A stretch of DNA of 64,000 nt, taken from positions 195,305-259,304 of the forward strand of contig CAWEJL010000007.1 of assembly GCA_963809385.1 (NCBI GenBank), given 5' to 3'. Position 1 is the stretch's first letter; the number at the start of each line of letters is the position of its first letter. The position numbers were made by a program, and so were the translations under genes. Below the pieces are notes generated by a model. That model saw only the letters and a program-made list of their open reading frames with translations, made no database searches and had not been told where the DNA came from. This DNA is from an uncultured Chloroflexia bacterium. GTDB lineage: Bacteria; Chloroflexota; Ktedonobacteria; Ktedonobacterales; JADMIN01. This document shows, in pieces, positions 38,074-48,187 of this stretch.

Positions 38074-38580
38074 CTACTCCTCAGCGGCCCCGGCATCCTC
38101 AGACGCCGCAATCGCGCCCGCTGGAACGGCCAGTTCGGAGGAGATGATGTTGACCTTGACCTTCGCCTCGTGCTTCGCGCTGATCCGCACGGGCGCCTCG
38201 AACGATCCCAGCGCGCGCAGCGGCTCCTTGAGCGCGATGCTGCGGCGGTCAATCGTGATGCCCTCTTGCTCGTGTAGCGCGTTGGCGATGTCCTGCGAGG
38301 TGACCGAGCCGTAAAGGCGGTCACCCTGGCCCACGCGCACGGCGAAGGTCAGCGTCACATTCGACAGGCGCTCCGTCAGCGTCGCGTCCGCGGCGTCCTG
38401 CTTCTCCACCCTGCGTTTCGCGGCGGTGACACGGTCGTTCAGCGTCGCCATCGCGGCGGCGCTGGCCGGTGTCACTAGCTGGCGCGGCAGCAGGTAGTTG
38501 CGCGCGTAGCCCGCGGCGACTTCTTTGATCTCGCCGGGCTGCCCCAGCCCTGGCACCTCGTGCAAAAGAATGACCTTCAT
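38074..38580 (-). CDS. rplI: 50S ribosomal protein L9
   Basis: MKVILLHEVPGLGQPGEIKEVAAGYARNYLLP is the canonical L9 N-terminus. Confidence 0.9.
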   Translation of the reverse strand: MKVILLHEVPGLGQPGEIKEVAAGYARNYLLPRQLVTPASAAAMATLNDRVTAAKRRVEKQDAADATLTERLSNVTLTFAVRVGQGDRLYGSVTSQDIANALHEQEGITIDRRSIALKEPLRALGSFEAPVRISAKHEAKVKVNIISSELAVPAGAIAASEDAGAAEE

Positions 38581-39080
38581 CGTTTCGCTTCTCGCTCTCT
38601 CTCGCCTTGGACTGCGCCCCGCTCGCGCGCGCCCCCACATCTCGGAGGCTCGGGATATACGCGCGGGCCGGATTGATGGCGCACGCCCTGAAAGTATACA
38701 CGGCCCGGCGTGGCCCGGCAAGCGCCGCCCGCCAGAGCGGCTATGGCTAGCCCACCTGGACGCCTGCGTATTTGTGCGTATTTTTTGTATTCAGCAAATT
38801 TTCAGGAATGGCGCCCTCTTCCTTCAGGTTGACTGGCTAAGATAGAGCAATGGCAGTAGCCTCCCGGCGTCCCGCCCCACCGGCCTCGATGACGCGGCCG
38901 CTTCCTTCCCCAGCGGGGCGCCCGGATGGCTCGTTCAGCGGCCAGCGGCGCGGCTATTACCGTGAGCGACCGAAATGAAGCGTGAAAAGCCCTGAGAATG
39001 TGGCGACGAAACACACACCACTCCAGCGCGCTGGATGTATCGAGTGGCGCGGGAGTGGTACTAGAGGAGTGTCTTGATCT

Positions 39081-40562
39081 ATGCTGGAGCCGCGACAGAC
39101 AAGTGCTACCCCACCCGATGCACTGACAACGGAGCGCAACGGGCAAGCCCCGCTCCAGACCGAGGCGCGCGGATCGCTCAAATCCAGCCCGCCGCGCGAC
39201 CTCGATGATCTGCTCGAAATGGACGACCTGGACGACGAGTCGCTGGAATCCGCCAGAAAACCGCGCCGCTGGTGGCTCGTCGCCGCCAGCGGCGCGCTGG
39301 TGGTTGCGGTGATCGCCGGCTTTCTGGTCGTGCGCTCGCAGAACGCGAAGGCGCCCGTCACCTACCAGACCCAGACCATCGCGCAGGGCAATCTGGCCCT
39401 GACCGTCAGCGGCACTGGCCCTGTGCAGGCCGCGCTCTACAACCTCAATTTCACCGCCAGCGGGCGCATCGCCGAGATTGACGTGCAGGTCGGGCAGACC
39501 GTGAAGGCTGGGCAGACGCTCGCCAAGCTCGACACCACCTCACTGCAGGATTCGCTCAACCAGGCGCAATTGCAGGCCAACTCCGCCTACTACCAAGAGC
39601 AGCAGGCCATCAACAACTGCAATACCGCCAAGAGCCCGCCGCCCGACTGCGTGGCGCTGGCGCAGAACCAGTACGCCGCCTCGCTGCAGCAGCTTCAGAC
39701 AGCGAAGGACAATCTGGCTGGCGCGACGCTGAAGGCCACCCACGCCGGCATCATCACCGCTATCAACGGCAGCGTCGGCGGCACGCCCGGCAGCGGCTCC
39801 GGCAGCGGCTCTTCCTCATCCAGCGGCGGTTTCATCCAGATCGCTGACCCCACCAGCCTGCAAGTGGCGGCGAGTATCAACGAGACGGACATTGGCGGCG
39901 TCACCAATGGCCAGCAGGCGACCTTCACCGTCACCGCCTACCCTGGCAAGATCTTCCATGCGACCGTCACGTCAATCTCGCAGGTCGGGGCGAGCAGCTC
40001 AAACGTCGTCACTTATCCCGTGACGCTGAGTGTGGACATGTCGCGCCTCCTGGGCGTCAACCTCTATACTGGCATGACCGCCAGCGTCACGATTATCAAG
40101 GAGCGTCGCGTCAATGTGACGCTGATTCCCGCTAGCGCCGTGACCTTCGCGCGTGCGGCGGCCAACGCCAACGCCGGCGGTTTCCTGACCCGCACGCAGG
40201 TGACGAACGCCCTGACTCAGTCAAGGCAGATGATCACCACGCTGGAGCAGCAGAACCCGCAGATCACCGCTGATTCGCCCTCCGCCGCCTGGGCTCTGGA
40301 GCGCAGTGGTGGCAAATGGGTCATCAAGCCGATCGTCATCGGCCTCAGTTCTGGCTCATTCGACGAGGTCCTGTCGGGTCTCAACCCTGGTGAGGTGGTG
40401 ATCACCGGCGAGACCAATGGCACGATCACCACGAGCTCTAGCACGACGACCGGCGGCGGCGCTGGCGGCGGCGGGCGCTTCGGCGGCGGCGGCTTCGGCG
40501 GCGGCGGCTTCGGCGGCGGCGGCGCTGGCGGCTTCACTGGAGGGGCGGCCAATGACGCCTAA
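39081..40562 (+). CDS. efflux transporter periplasmic adaptor (HlyD/MacA family) with Gly/Phe-rich tail
   Basis: One TM helix, coiled-coil and lipoyl-like regions (ASGRIAEIDVQVGQTVKAGQTLAKLD, LKATHAGIIT). The tail reads GGGGRFGGGGFGGGGFGGGGAGGF. Confidence 0.8.
   Translation: MLEPRQTSATPPDALTTERNGQAPLQTEARGSLKSSPPRDLDDLLEMDDLDDESLESARKPRRWWLVAASGALVVAVIAGFLVVRSQNAKAPVTYQTQTIAQGNLALTVSGTGPVQAALYNLNFTASGRIAEIDVQVGQTVKAGQTLAKLDTTSLQDSLNQAQLQANSAYYQEQQAINNCNTAKSPPPDCVALAQNQYAASLQQLQTAKDNLAGATLKATHAGIITAINGSVGGTPGSGSGSGSSSSSGGFIQIADPTSLQVAASINETDIGGVTNGQQATFTVTAYPGKIFHATVTSISQVGASSSNVVTYPVTLSVDMSRLLGVNLYTGMTASVTIIKERRVNVTLIPASAVTFARAAANANAGGFLTRTQVTNALTQSRQMITTLEQQNPQITADSPSAAWALERSGGKWVIKPIVIGLSSGSFDEVLSGLNPGEVVITGETNGTITTSSSTTTGGGAGGGGRFGGGGFGGGGFGGGGAGGFTGGAANDA
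40481..40525 (+). repeat. 15-bp tandem repeat x3 inside the adaptor gene
   Basis: CGGCGGCGGCGGCTT occurs twice, followed by CGGCGGCGGCGGCGC. It encodes the GGGGF repeats. Confidence 0.85.
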
Positions 40563-41397
40563 CGCTACCAGCGTAACCAGCGCGAATGGCGCCACGCCCG
40601 GCGATCCGCGCCCGCGCGTCGGCGTCCCCGCGATCTCTGTGCGGCGCATCTCCAAGGTCTACCGCCTCGGCCAGACGCATGTCGCGGCGCTGCGCGACGT
40701 CTCGATCGAGATCCAGCGCGGCGAGTTCGTGGCCATCACTGGCCCGTCAGGCTCCGGCAAATCCACGCTGATGAACCTGCTCGGCCTGCTCGACCGTCCC
40801 ACCAGCGGTGAATACTGGCTGAACGGGCGTGAGGTCGGCTCGTTGCCCGCCGACGCGGTCGCGGATATCCGTAACCGCAGTATCGGCTTCGTCTTCCAGG
40901 GCTTCAACCTGCTCTCGCGCGCCTCGGCCCTGGCCAATGTGGCGCTGCCGCTAGTCTACGCCGGTGTTCCGCGCGACGAGCGCGAGCGGCGGGCGCGGCG
41001 GGCCTTGCGCGCCGTCGGCCTGGGCGAGCGGCTACATCACAAGCCTACCCAGCTTTCTGGCGGGCAGCAGCAGCGCGTGGCCATCGCGCGGGCGCTGGTC
41101 AGCAGCCCCACCTTGCTGCTGGCCGATGAGCCGACTGGCAACCTCGACACGCGCACCAGCGAGGAGATCATGGCGATGCTTGGACGCCTCAACGCGCTCG
41201 GTCTGACCGTCGCGCTGGTGACGCACGAGCCGGATATCGCGGCCTACGCTCCGCGCCAGATCGCTTTCCGCGATGGTCGCATGATCCACGACAGCGGCGC
41301 CCCGATCACGCCGCTGGTAGGCGAAGCGCCCCCGCCAGAGGCGGCGGGCGACGGCGGGCGCGATGGCGCCTTTCGGATTCGGGAGGACCCTCTATGA
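40552..41397 (+). CDS. ABC transporter ATP-binding protein (MacB/LolD-like)
   Basis: Walker [10 protein letters not shown], signature [15 protein letters not shown] and Walker [10 protein letters not shown]. The start overlaps the adaptor gene's stop. Confidence 0.9.
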   Translation: MTPNATSVTSANGATPGDPRPRVGVPAISVRRISKVYRLGQTHVAALRDVSIEIQRGEFVAITGPSGSGKSTLMNLLGLLDRPTSGEYWLNGREVGSLPADAVADIRNRSIGFVFQGFNLLSRASALANVALPLVYAGVPRDERERRARRALRAVGLGERLHHKPTQLSGGQQQRVAIARALVSSPTLLLADEPTGNLDTRTSEEIMAMLGRLNALGLTVALVTHEPDIAAYAPRQIAFRDGRMIHDSGAPITPLVGEAPPPEAAGDGGRDGAFRIREDPL

Positions 41398-42728
41398 GCA
41401 AGGCGCCGCTCTCTATTCCGCTCGCCGCGAAGACCCCACGCGCGGGCGCCGCGCCGGGCAAGGCCAGCCAGACATCACGTGGCCGCCGGGCGCCAGCCCG
41501 CCGGGGCCTGCTGCTGGGCTCGAGCCTCGCCAGCGCGTGGGAGGCGCTGCTGGCCAACCGCCTGCGCTCGCTGCTGACGGTCCTCGGCGTGATCGTCGGC
41601 GTGGCCGCCGTGATCGCGGTGGTGACGCTGACGCAGGGCACGAGCGCTGTGCTAAACGCGCGCGTGGCCAGCCTGGGCACGAACGTGCTGACGATCATCC
41701 CTGGCTCGTCCGGTGGCGCGGGCGGCGTGCGCGGCGGCGCGGGCTCGGTCCAGTCACTGACGCAGGCCGACGCCGACGCCATCGCCTCTTTGCCGCATAT
41801 CACCGGCGTCAGTCCCGTCATTGGCGCCTCCGAGCAACTGGTCGCGGGGTCGCAAAACTGGAACACCCGCGTCCAGGGCGTCTATCCCAGCTACCAACAG
41901 ATCGCCAACTGGCAGATGTCCGAAGGCTCATGGTTTAGCGATTCTGATGAAGCGAGCGCGCAGTCCGTCGTGGTGCTGGGCCAGACCGTCGTCGCCAACC
42001 TGTTCACCTCCACTGGGACCGATCCGCTGGGCCAGACGGTGCTCATCAACGGCTCTAGCTATACCGTTGTCGGCACGCTGAAATCACAGGGGACGGTGGG
42101 CTTCGCCAACCAGGACGACGTCGCGTTCATCCCCTTCGCTACCGCCAACGCGCGCATCAACACCAGTCAGTACGTCAACCAGATCCAGGTCCAGGTGGAT
42201 AACGCGAATAACGTCGCCTCCACGCAGCAGGCGGTGACCGCGCTGCTGGCGCAGCGCCACCAGATCGCCTCTGGCGCGGCGAACGACTTCTCCGTGCGCA
42301 GCCCGACGCAGTTCGTGCAGACCGCGCAGCAATCGGAGCAGACGCTGGCTTTCCTGTTGATCGGTATCGCCGCCATCTCGCTGCTGGTCGGCGGCATCGG
42401 CATCATGAACATCATGCTGGTCTCGGTCACCGAGCGCACCCGTGAGATCGGCATTCGCATGGCGGTCGGCGCGCGCCGCGCCGACATCCGCAACCAATTC
42501 CTGGTGGAGGCGCTGACGCTGAGCGGCGTGGGCGGGCTGCTCGGCGTGACACTGGGGCTGACGGTTGGCCTGGCGTTGACCCGCGCCTTCTCGCTGCCCT
42601 TCGTGCTGAGCCTGGCGGCGATTGCGCTGGCGGTGGGCGTCAGTGTGGTGATCGGCGTTGTCTTCGGCTTCTACCCGGCGCTGCGCGCGTCCCGGCTCGA
42701 CCCAATCGTCGCGTTACGCAGCGAATGA
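41394..42728 (+). CDS. ABC transporter permease (MacB/FtsX family)
   Basis: MacB_PCD-like periplasmic domain plus a C-terminal FtsX-type 3-TM bundle (GIGIMNIMLVSVTERTREIGIRMAVGA). Confidence 0.85.
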   Translation: MSKAPLSIPLAAKTPRAGAAPGKASQTSRGRRAPARRGLLLGSSLASAWEALLANRLRSLLTVLGVIVGVAAVIAVVTLTQGTSAVLNARVASLGTNVLTIIPGSSGGAGGVRGGAGSVQSLTQADADAIASLPHITGVSPVIGASEQLVAGSQNWNTRVQGVYPSYQQIANWQMSEGSWFSDSDEASAQSVVVLGQTVVANLFTSTGTDPLGQTVLINGSSYTVVGTLKSQGTVGFANQDDVAFIPFATANARINTSQYVNQIQVQVDNANNVASTQQAVTALLAQRHQIASGAANDFSVRSPTQFVQTAQQSEQTLAFLLIGIAAISLLVGGIGIMNIMLVSVTERTREIGIRMAVGARRADIRNQFLVEALTLSGVGGLLGVTLGLTVGLALTRAFSLPFVLSLAAIALAVGVSVVIGVVFGFYPALRASRLDPIVALRSE

Positions 42729-42783
42729 CAAGGAAACCTGCGCAATGGTTCGCGTTTCATCCAGGGCTTTCAAGCCCATGCGC

Positions 42784-42848
42784 CCGCGCGCCAGCCATTC
42801 ATGGCCGCGACCGCCGATACCGCCCCTAGCCGGCCATTCATGGCCGCG
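42784..42848. repeat. REP-like palindromic element family 1, two copies
   Basis: GCCATTCATGGCCGCG cores lie at 42794-42809 and 42833-42848. Confidence 0.65.
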
Positions 42849-42875
42849 CCCCTGGACAAAGGCAGGTGAGGAGTT

Positions 42876-43751
42876 ATGAGCGCGCTCGATAGAAATATCT
42901 CACGGTTCGCCGTCCCCGATGACGCGCGTGAGCGGGCCAGCCAGCCCGCGCCCGCGCCCGCGGCCTGGTGGTATACCCTGGCGTACGTCGAGACCCCGCT
43001 GCGCGAGCAGGCGCTCACCGATGACGACCTGCGTGATCTGGTGGAGACGCTACGGGCGCGCAATCTGCCACTGCCCGCTGAGCTAGCCTCGCCGCGCGCC
43101 AGCGCCCGGCGCGCCAGCGCCAGCGACCCGCTGAGCGGCGCCCGCTACATCTGGGCGTTCTCGTCGCTGCGTGACGCGCTGCTGGCCGCGCGCGCTAACC
43201 GCCGCTCCGATTACCACTCCTACCCGCAACCCGCCAGCTTGCGTGAGGCGTCGATTGACCGTCTTTACCGCCGCTTCCCGCTCGACGTGTTCCCGCGCGC
43301 GAGCGTCATTCTCTTCTCCGGCGCGACGGTCTGCCCCGATCCGCTGCTCTGCCCCGACCCGGCTTCCGGATCGCTGGCCGCTGAGCTGGCGGGCGCGATG
43401 GGGTCTGAGCTTTGGGAGCGCTACACGCTCTGCGGCTTCCGCCAGGGCGCGTCGCTCGTGCGCGTCGCCTCCTCCGATCGCTGGGTGCGCATGACGCCGC
43501 GCGCGCTCGAAGACGCCTGGGCCGCCGCCGAGCGTTACCTTCGCGCGCTGCCCGCTCCATCCATCTCAGCGGGCGCCACGCCGCCGGATGTGCGCGATGA
43601 GCGCCACGAGCCAGGCGACATGGAGACCGCCGCTTTCCAGGCGCTGCTCTGCGCCCTGACCGGCGCGACCACCAACAACGATTTAGCGAAGGCCCCGATC
43701 CGCGCGTCACGCGCGCCGGAGCCCCGTGTACGACGAAATAGGCAAGGATAG
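42876..43751 (+). CDS. hypothetical protein
   Basis: 291-aa ORF with coding-like composition and no known motif. Confidence 0.45.
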   Translation: MSALDRNISRFAVPDDARERASQPAPAPAAWWYTLAYVETPLREQALTDDDLRDLVETLRARNLPLPAELASPRASARRASASDPLSGARYIWAFSSLRDALLAARANRRSDYHSYPQPASLREASIDRLYRRFPLDVFPRASVILFSGATVCPDPLLCPDPASGSLAAELAGAMGSELWERYTLCGFRQGASLVRVASSDRWVRMTPRALEDAWAAAERYLRALPAPSISAGATPPDVRDERHEPGDMETAAFQALLCALTGATTNNDLAKAPIRASRAPEPRVRRNRQG

Positions 43752-43760
43752 AACACACTC

Positions 43761-44513
43761 ATGAGATCACCGCTGCTGACCTTGCGCGCGCTCCAGACGC
43801 GCGCGATCTGGCCGGGCCGCGCGCTGGCCGCCGCTGGAACACTGGCGCTGGCCGCGCTGCTCACCGCTTGCGGCTCCGCTTCCGCCAGCGGCGCGGGCGC
43901 CCAGGCGACGGCGACCTGCCCGCCCACTGTTGCCTTTTCCACCGTCACTGGCTCCATCACCGCGCTCGGCAGCGGAACGATGACGGTGAAAGATTCATCG
44001 GGCGCGAGCGTGACTGTGGCGCTCGCCTCCACTACACGCTACACCCTGATGACGGCGGTGTCCGCGACCAGCCTGACCGCGGGAACGCCCGTCCTGGTGG
44101 TCACCGACACCAACGCCACCTCCGCGCGCAGCATTCGCGTGCTGTCAGGGACAGCGGGCGGTGGCTTCGGTGGTGGCGGCGGCGGCTTCGGCGGCGCGCG
44201 CGGCACGCCACGCGCTGGCTTTAATACCGCCTGCGCCCGAAACTTCGGTGGCGGCCAGGGCGGCGCGCCGGGCGGGACATCGGGCGGCTTCCAGGGCCTG
44301 CGCGGCACGGTGGACTCCGCCACCAGCTCCAACCTGACCTTCGACGACGCGCAGGGCCAGACCTATTCCGTCGCTATCACCTCTTCCACCACGATCGAGA
44401 AGACGGCAGCCGGTCAGGCCAGTGACCTCAAGGTGGGTGAGAACGTGACCGCCTCCGGCCAGAAGACATCCGGCCAGGTCGCCGCCCGCAACGTCACCAT
44501 CCAGGCCTCGTAG
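43761..44513 (+). CDS. secreted lipoprotein with two DUF5666-like beta modules and a Gly-rich linker
   Basis: Lipobox LLTACG. Repeats are GSITALGSGTMTVKDSSGASVTV and GTVDSATSSNLTFDDAQGQTYSV. The linker reads GGGFGGGGGGFGG. Confidence 0.55.
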   Translation: MRSPLLTLRALQTRAIWPGRALAAAGTLALAALLTACGSASASGAGAQATATCPPTVAFSTVTGSITALGSGTMTVKDSSGASVTVALASTTRYTLMTAVSATSLTAGTPVLVVTDTNATSARSIRVLSGTAGGGFGGGGGGFGGARGTPRAGFNTACARNFGGGQGGAPGGTSGGFQGLRGTVDSATSSNLTFDDAQGQTYSVAITSSTTIEKTAAGQASDLKVGENVTASGQKTSGQVAARNVTIQAS

Positions 44514-44788
44514 CGCCCATTCTCTCTATCCATATCGAACCTGATAGAGGCGTTCTCATGGCTCGACGGCATATCTGACCCAGAAAAACGCGCCGCCGCA
44601 TTGGCGCAACCCCGCGCCAGCGACGGCGAAGACGCCCCATCACAGCGATTCGTCGCCGCCAGGCCTGGCGAAAAGCGCGCCCCTCTACCCAGTGGAGGCG
44701 GCGCGCTTCTCGCGTTCGCCCGCTGAGGCGTTGTATCATTTGGGCCATATCACCGCGCGCTGGCTCAACAGTTGGGAAGGTCCAGTGT

Positions 44789-45856
44789 ATGTGGTCGGAG
44801 CCTACACAGCCCGTCGCGCCCATCGCTATCGCGCCGCCGCCCGTCGCGCGCTCCCCGCGCCGCTGGCCGGCCATCCTGCTTTTCTGTCTGCTCGCCGGCC
44901 TCATCCCGGAGACTATCGCTACCACCAGCACCTCCGTGGCGAAGATCGCCGCCAGCCCGGCCAGCCTGGCCTTTGTCGCCTTGTTCTACGGGACCGCCGA
45001 CCTGGTCATCCGCGAGGCGATCATCCGGCGGCCACTGGGCCTGGTGGGGAAATTGCTGCTGGGCATCGCCTTCGGCTTTGTTAATGAGGGTGTCGTCGCG
45101 GGAACCTGGTACACCGTGCGGCCCGGCGGCTACGCCTTCATCAACGGGATTGACTGGAGCTGGGCTGTCTCGCTGACCGTCTTCCATATCTTCATCAGCG
45201 TGCTCATGCCCATCTATCTGTTTGACAGCGTCATGCCCTCGATCGCGGGCGTCCCGCTGCTGCGGCGGCGCGGCGTCATCATCACGACCATCCTCTTTTT
45301 GGTCTTCTCGTCGCTGGCCTTCTTCACACCGCACTATCGCGGGCAGCGGCTGCTGGTCTTCGCCGCCGCCATCGCGCTGTCGCTGATCGCGCTGGCGCTG
45401 CCACCGGCGCGCCGCGCCATCCCGCCCGCCACTCAGGTGAAGCCCGCGCTGGGGCTGTGGCGGCTGCGCATCCTGGGCTTTTGGGCGATGCTGCTCTACT
45501 TCCTCGGCATCTATCTCTTGCCAGCCATGTTCGCGGCGATTGGCAAGCGGCTTGATGCGCCGCCCGCGCTCGCGGGGCTGCTGGCAAACGCCATCCTGGT
45601 CGCGCTCGCCGCCTGGGCCGTCGCGCTCTGCGTGGGCTGGACGCGCCGCCCCAGCTGGTCGCCGCGCCGCCAGCTCGCGCTGATCTCCGGCGCGTTGGGT
45701 TTCCCGATTCTGCTCTCCGCCATACCGCAGTTCATCGCCGTGTACGAGTTCGTCGCCACCGTCCCGTTCGCCATCTTTCTCGTCGTCCTCGCCTGGCGCG
45801 CCCGCCGCGCCGACCGCCGCGCGGCGCTGGCGGCGCTGGCCCCTGTCGCCAGCTAG
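44789..45856 (+). CDS. hypothetical polytopic membrane protein
   Basis: 355-aa ORF with about 9 hydrophobic helices. Confidence 0.5.
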   Translation: MWSEPTQPVAPIAIAPPPVARSPRRWPAILLFCLLAGLIPETIATTSTSVAKIAASPASLAFVALFYGTADLVIREAIIRRPLGLVGKLLLGIAFGFVNEGVVAGTWYTVRPGGYAFINGIDWSWAVSLTVFHIFISVLMPIYLFDSVMPSIAGVPLLRRRGVIITTILFLVFSSLAFFTPHYRGQRLLVFAAAIALSLIALALPPARRAIPPATQVKPALGLWRLRILGFWAMLLYFLGIYLLPAMFAAIGKRLDAPPALAGLLANAILVALAAWAVALCVGWTRRPSWSPRRQLALISGALGFPILLSAIPQFIAVYEFVATVPFAIFLVVLAWRARRADRRAALAALAPVAS

Positions 45857-45985
45857 GGCGCGCGCCAGATTGGCGAGCGGACGCCGTCTGCTATAATCAC
45901 TCGCAACACGCGCGCATCATATGGCGCGCGGAGGCCGTCATCGTGGCGCCATTCCGGCGCGGTGTTCGCTTGCAAGGGGGAGACC

Positions 45986-46891
45986 ATGGGCAATGTCCTG
46001 TCCACCATCCCGCTCGGCATTGGGATTGTGGCTGGCGCCGTCGCCGTGCTGTTCATTCTGGCGCTCGCGCATGTGCTCAACGTTATGCGGCGTCTCCGCA
46101 AGGCGTCCAAGCGCGGGCGCGAGGCGTCGGCGGCGCAGATGGCTAGTGGCGAGCCGCTGACGACATTCAATCGCGCCGGGCATCCTGGCGACCCCCTCAA
46201 CGTACAGATTCACAGCACGGGTGGCCAGCTTGGCGCCAGTTTCGCCGCCGCTGGCTGGTATCGCGCCGATGAGATTGATCTGGTGACCTCTCTCCGCATC
46301 AGCGTAGATTCCGTGTTCGGTCGCAAGTATTCCACGGCGCCGGTGAGCAATCTCTATCTCTATGGGCGCAAGGAGGATTACGCTTTCGAGCGGCCCGGAA
46401 AGAATGTGCGCCAGCGCGACCACGTCCGCTTCTGGAACACCGGCCGCACGGGCGATGATGGTCGCCCGATCTGGATCGGCAGCGCCACGAAGGATGTCAA
46501 GGTCGAGCTATCGCACACGAACCACTTGCCCACGCACGGCATCTCGCCTGACCTGGACGCCGAGCGCCAGCTGGTCGTTTCTCAGCTCACGCAGACTGGC
46601 TACGTTATCCACGCGAGCGCGCGCCCCGGCTTTGGCAAGGAGACGCATGGCGCGAATGGTGGCGGCGACCCGTATTTCACTGATGGGATGATTGCGCTGC
46701 TGACGCTGGCCGACGCCTGGACACAGCCGCTGGCTACGCAGGTGCGTGGCCCTCTTGGCTCCAAGATCGCGCAAGCGGCGGAGCGATTCGGGCGCGGGCG
46801 GCTACCGAAGGCGGGCCGCGACCACGCCGCGCATGAAGTGGAGCGCCTGAAGCGGCAGGTTGAGTCGGAGGCCGCGGCGGCGCGCGAGTAG
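45986..46891 (+). CDS. LssY C-terminal domain-like protein (N-terminal TM anchor)
   Basis: GDPLNVQIHSTGGQLGASFAAAGWYRADE...SNLYLYGRKEDYAFERP...RDHVRFWNTG resembles LssY_C. Confidence 0.55.
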   Translation: MGNVLSTIPLGIGIVAGAVAVLFILALAHVLNVMRRLRKASKRGREASAAQMASGEPLTTFNRAGHPGDPLNVQIHSTGGQLGASFAAAGWYRADEIDLVTSLRISVDSVFGRKYSTAPVSNLYLYGRKEDYAFERPGKNVRQRDHVRFWNTGRTGDDGRPIWIGSATKDVKVELSHTNHLPTHGISPDLDAERQLVVSQLTQTGYVIHASARPGFGKETHGANGGGDPYFTDGMIALLTLADAWTQPLATQVRGPLGSKIAQAAERFGRGRLPKAGRDHAAHEVERLKRQVESEAAAARE

Positions 46892-47074
46892 GCGCCCAGC
46901 CCTCCTTCGCGGTAGTACTATTCCGCACTGCCCCATTTCTCCTGTGTGACGGCTTTCGCACGCGAGATGACAAGCTGGCGAGTTATACCTGGTAAGGGGC
47001 GATGGCCGCTCCTTACCCACGACATGGTGATGGCGCCCCCCAGTGGGGATGCGGTGAAAGGGAATGCACAGCAT

Positions 47075-48166
47075 ATGGCATCGAATGGCGCCGCGGCCCC
47101 GTGGCTGCGCTTGTACTTCCGCTCCGAGCGCGCGGGCATTAATTCCGATCTGACCGGGCGGCTGGTCGAGTTCATCTCGGAGACGCAGCGGTCGCTCGAC
47201 TGCGCGATCTACGATGTGCGCCACCCGCGCGTGATCGAGGCGCTCCAGGCGGTGGCGCGCTCTGGCAAACAGCTGCGCATCGCCTATGACGCGAGCAAAG
47301 AGCGCACGGGCGGCCTCTCTGGCGACCCCAAGCCTGAGGGCGTGGAGAAGGCGCTGGGCGCGGCGGGGCTGCTGCCCTACGCCACGCCCGTCCACAACAG
47401 CGGCCACCTGATGCACAACAAGTTCCTTATCCGCGATGGCGTCACGCTGTGGACGGGATCCGCGAACTTCACGGTTGGCGGGCTGGAGAAGCAGGACAAC
47501 AACTGCCTCACCCTGCGCGACCAGGGCATCATCGCCCAATACGACGTGATCTTCACCGAACTCCTCAGCGGCCAGCACAGCCACTCGCGCCGCTATTCCA
47601 CCCTGGAGGCCGCGCACCTTCAGACCATCCAGGCCGGCGCGCCGCCGAGTGTTGTGTCGGCGTTCTTCTCGCCCTCAGAGGGCGAGTGGATCGAGCAGAC
47701 CATCTCGCAGGCGCTCAATGCCGCCCGTCGCGTGCGCGTGATGGCCTTCCTCATCGGCGATTCGGGCATCCTGAGCGCGCTGGCGCGCTTCTCGGACCCG
47801 TCGGCGGACATTCAGGGCGTGATTGACCCGCACGGCATGCAGGATGTCCTGCGCTACCGCGATGTCAATTCGCCGGAATACTGGTTCATGCGCGACCGCC
47901 GTTTTGTCGCCGCGCCGTCGCACGCCTTCAACCCGCATACCGAGCAGGATTTTATGCACAATAAGGTGATGATTCTCGACGATCATCTGGTTGTCACCGG
48001 CAGCTTCAACTTCTCCGAGAACGCCGAGCTGAACGACGAGAACATGCTGATCCTCAACTCCACGCAGGTCGCCGCCGCCTATACCAGCTACTTCGACCGC
48101 CTCTATGCGGCCTACGGCGGCAAGGTAGGCGCGCAGACGGGCGCCGGAGCCCGCGCGGCGCGGTAA
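47075..48166 (+). CDS. phospholipase D-like (two HKD motifs) protein
   Basis: HNKFLIRDG...GSANFT and HNKVMILDD...GSFNFSENA are present. Alternative starts extend back to 46946. Confidence 0.8.
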   Translation: MASNGAAAPWLRLYFRSERAGINSDLTGRLVEFISETQRSLDCAIYDVRHPRVIEALQAVARSGKQLRIAYDASKERTGGLSGDPKPEGVEKALGAAGLLPYATPVHNSGHLMHNKFLIRDGVTLWTGSANFTVGGLEKQDNNCLTLRDQGIIAQYDVIFTELLSGQHSHSRRYSTLEAAHLQTIQAGAPPSVVSAFFSPSEGEWIEQTISQALNAARRVRVMAFLIGDSGILSALARFSDPSADIQGVIDPHGMQDVLRYRDVNSPEYWFMRDRRFVAAPSHAFNPHTEQDFMHNKVMILDDHLVVTGSFNFSENAELNDENMLILNSTQVAAAYTSYFDRLYAAYGGKVGAQTGAGARAAR

Positions 48167-48187
48167 GGCGCTGGCAGAGGAGGCGTT

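Noticed and set aside
38581-39080. A 500-bp ORF-free gap between rplI and the efflux adaptor as a possible ncRNA or riboswitch locus
   Set aside because: I looked for TPP, cobalamin, c-di-GMP, SRP, RNase P and tmRNA signatures by eye. None is present in a convincing order, so it is left uncalled.
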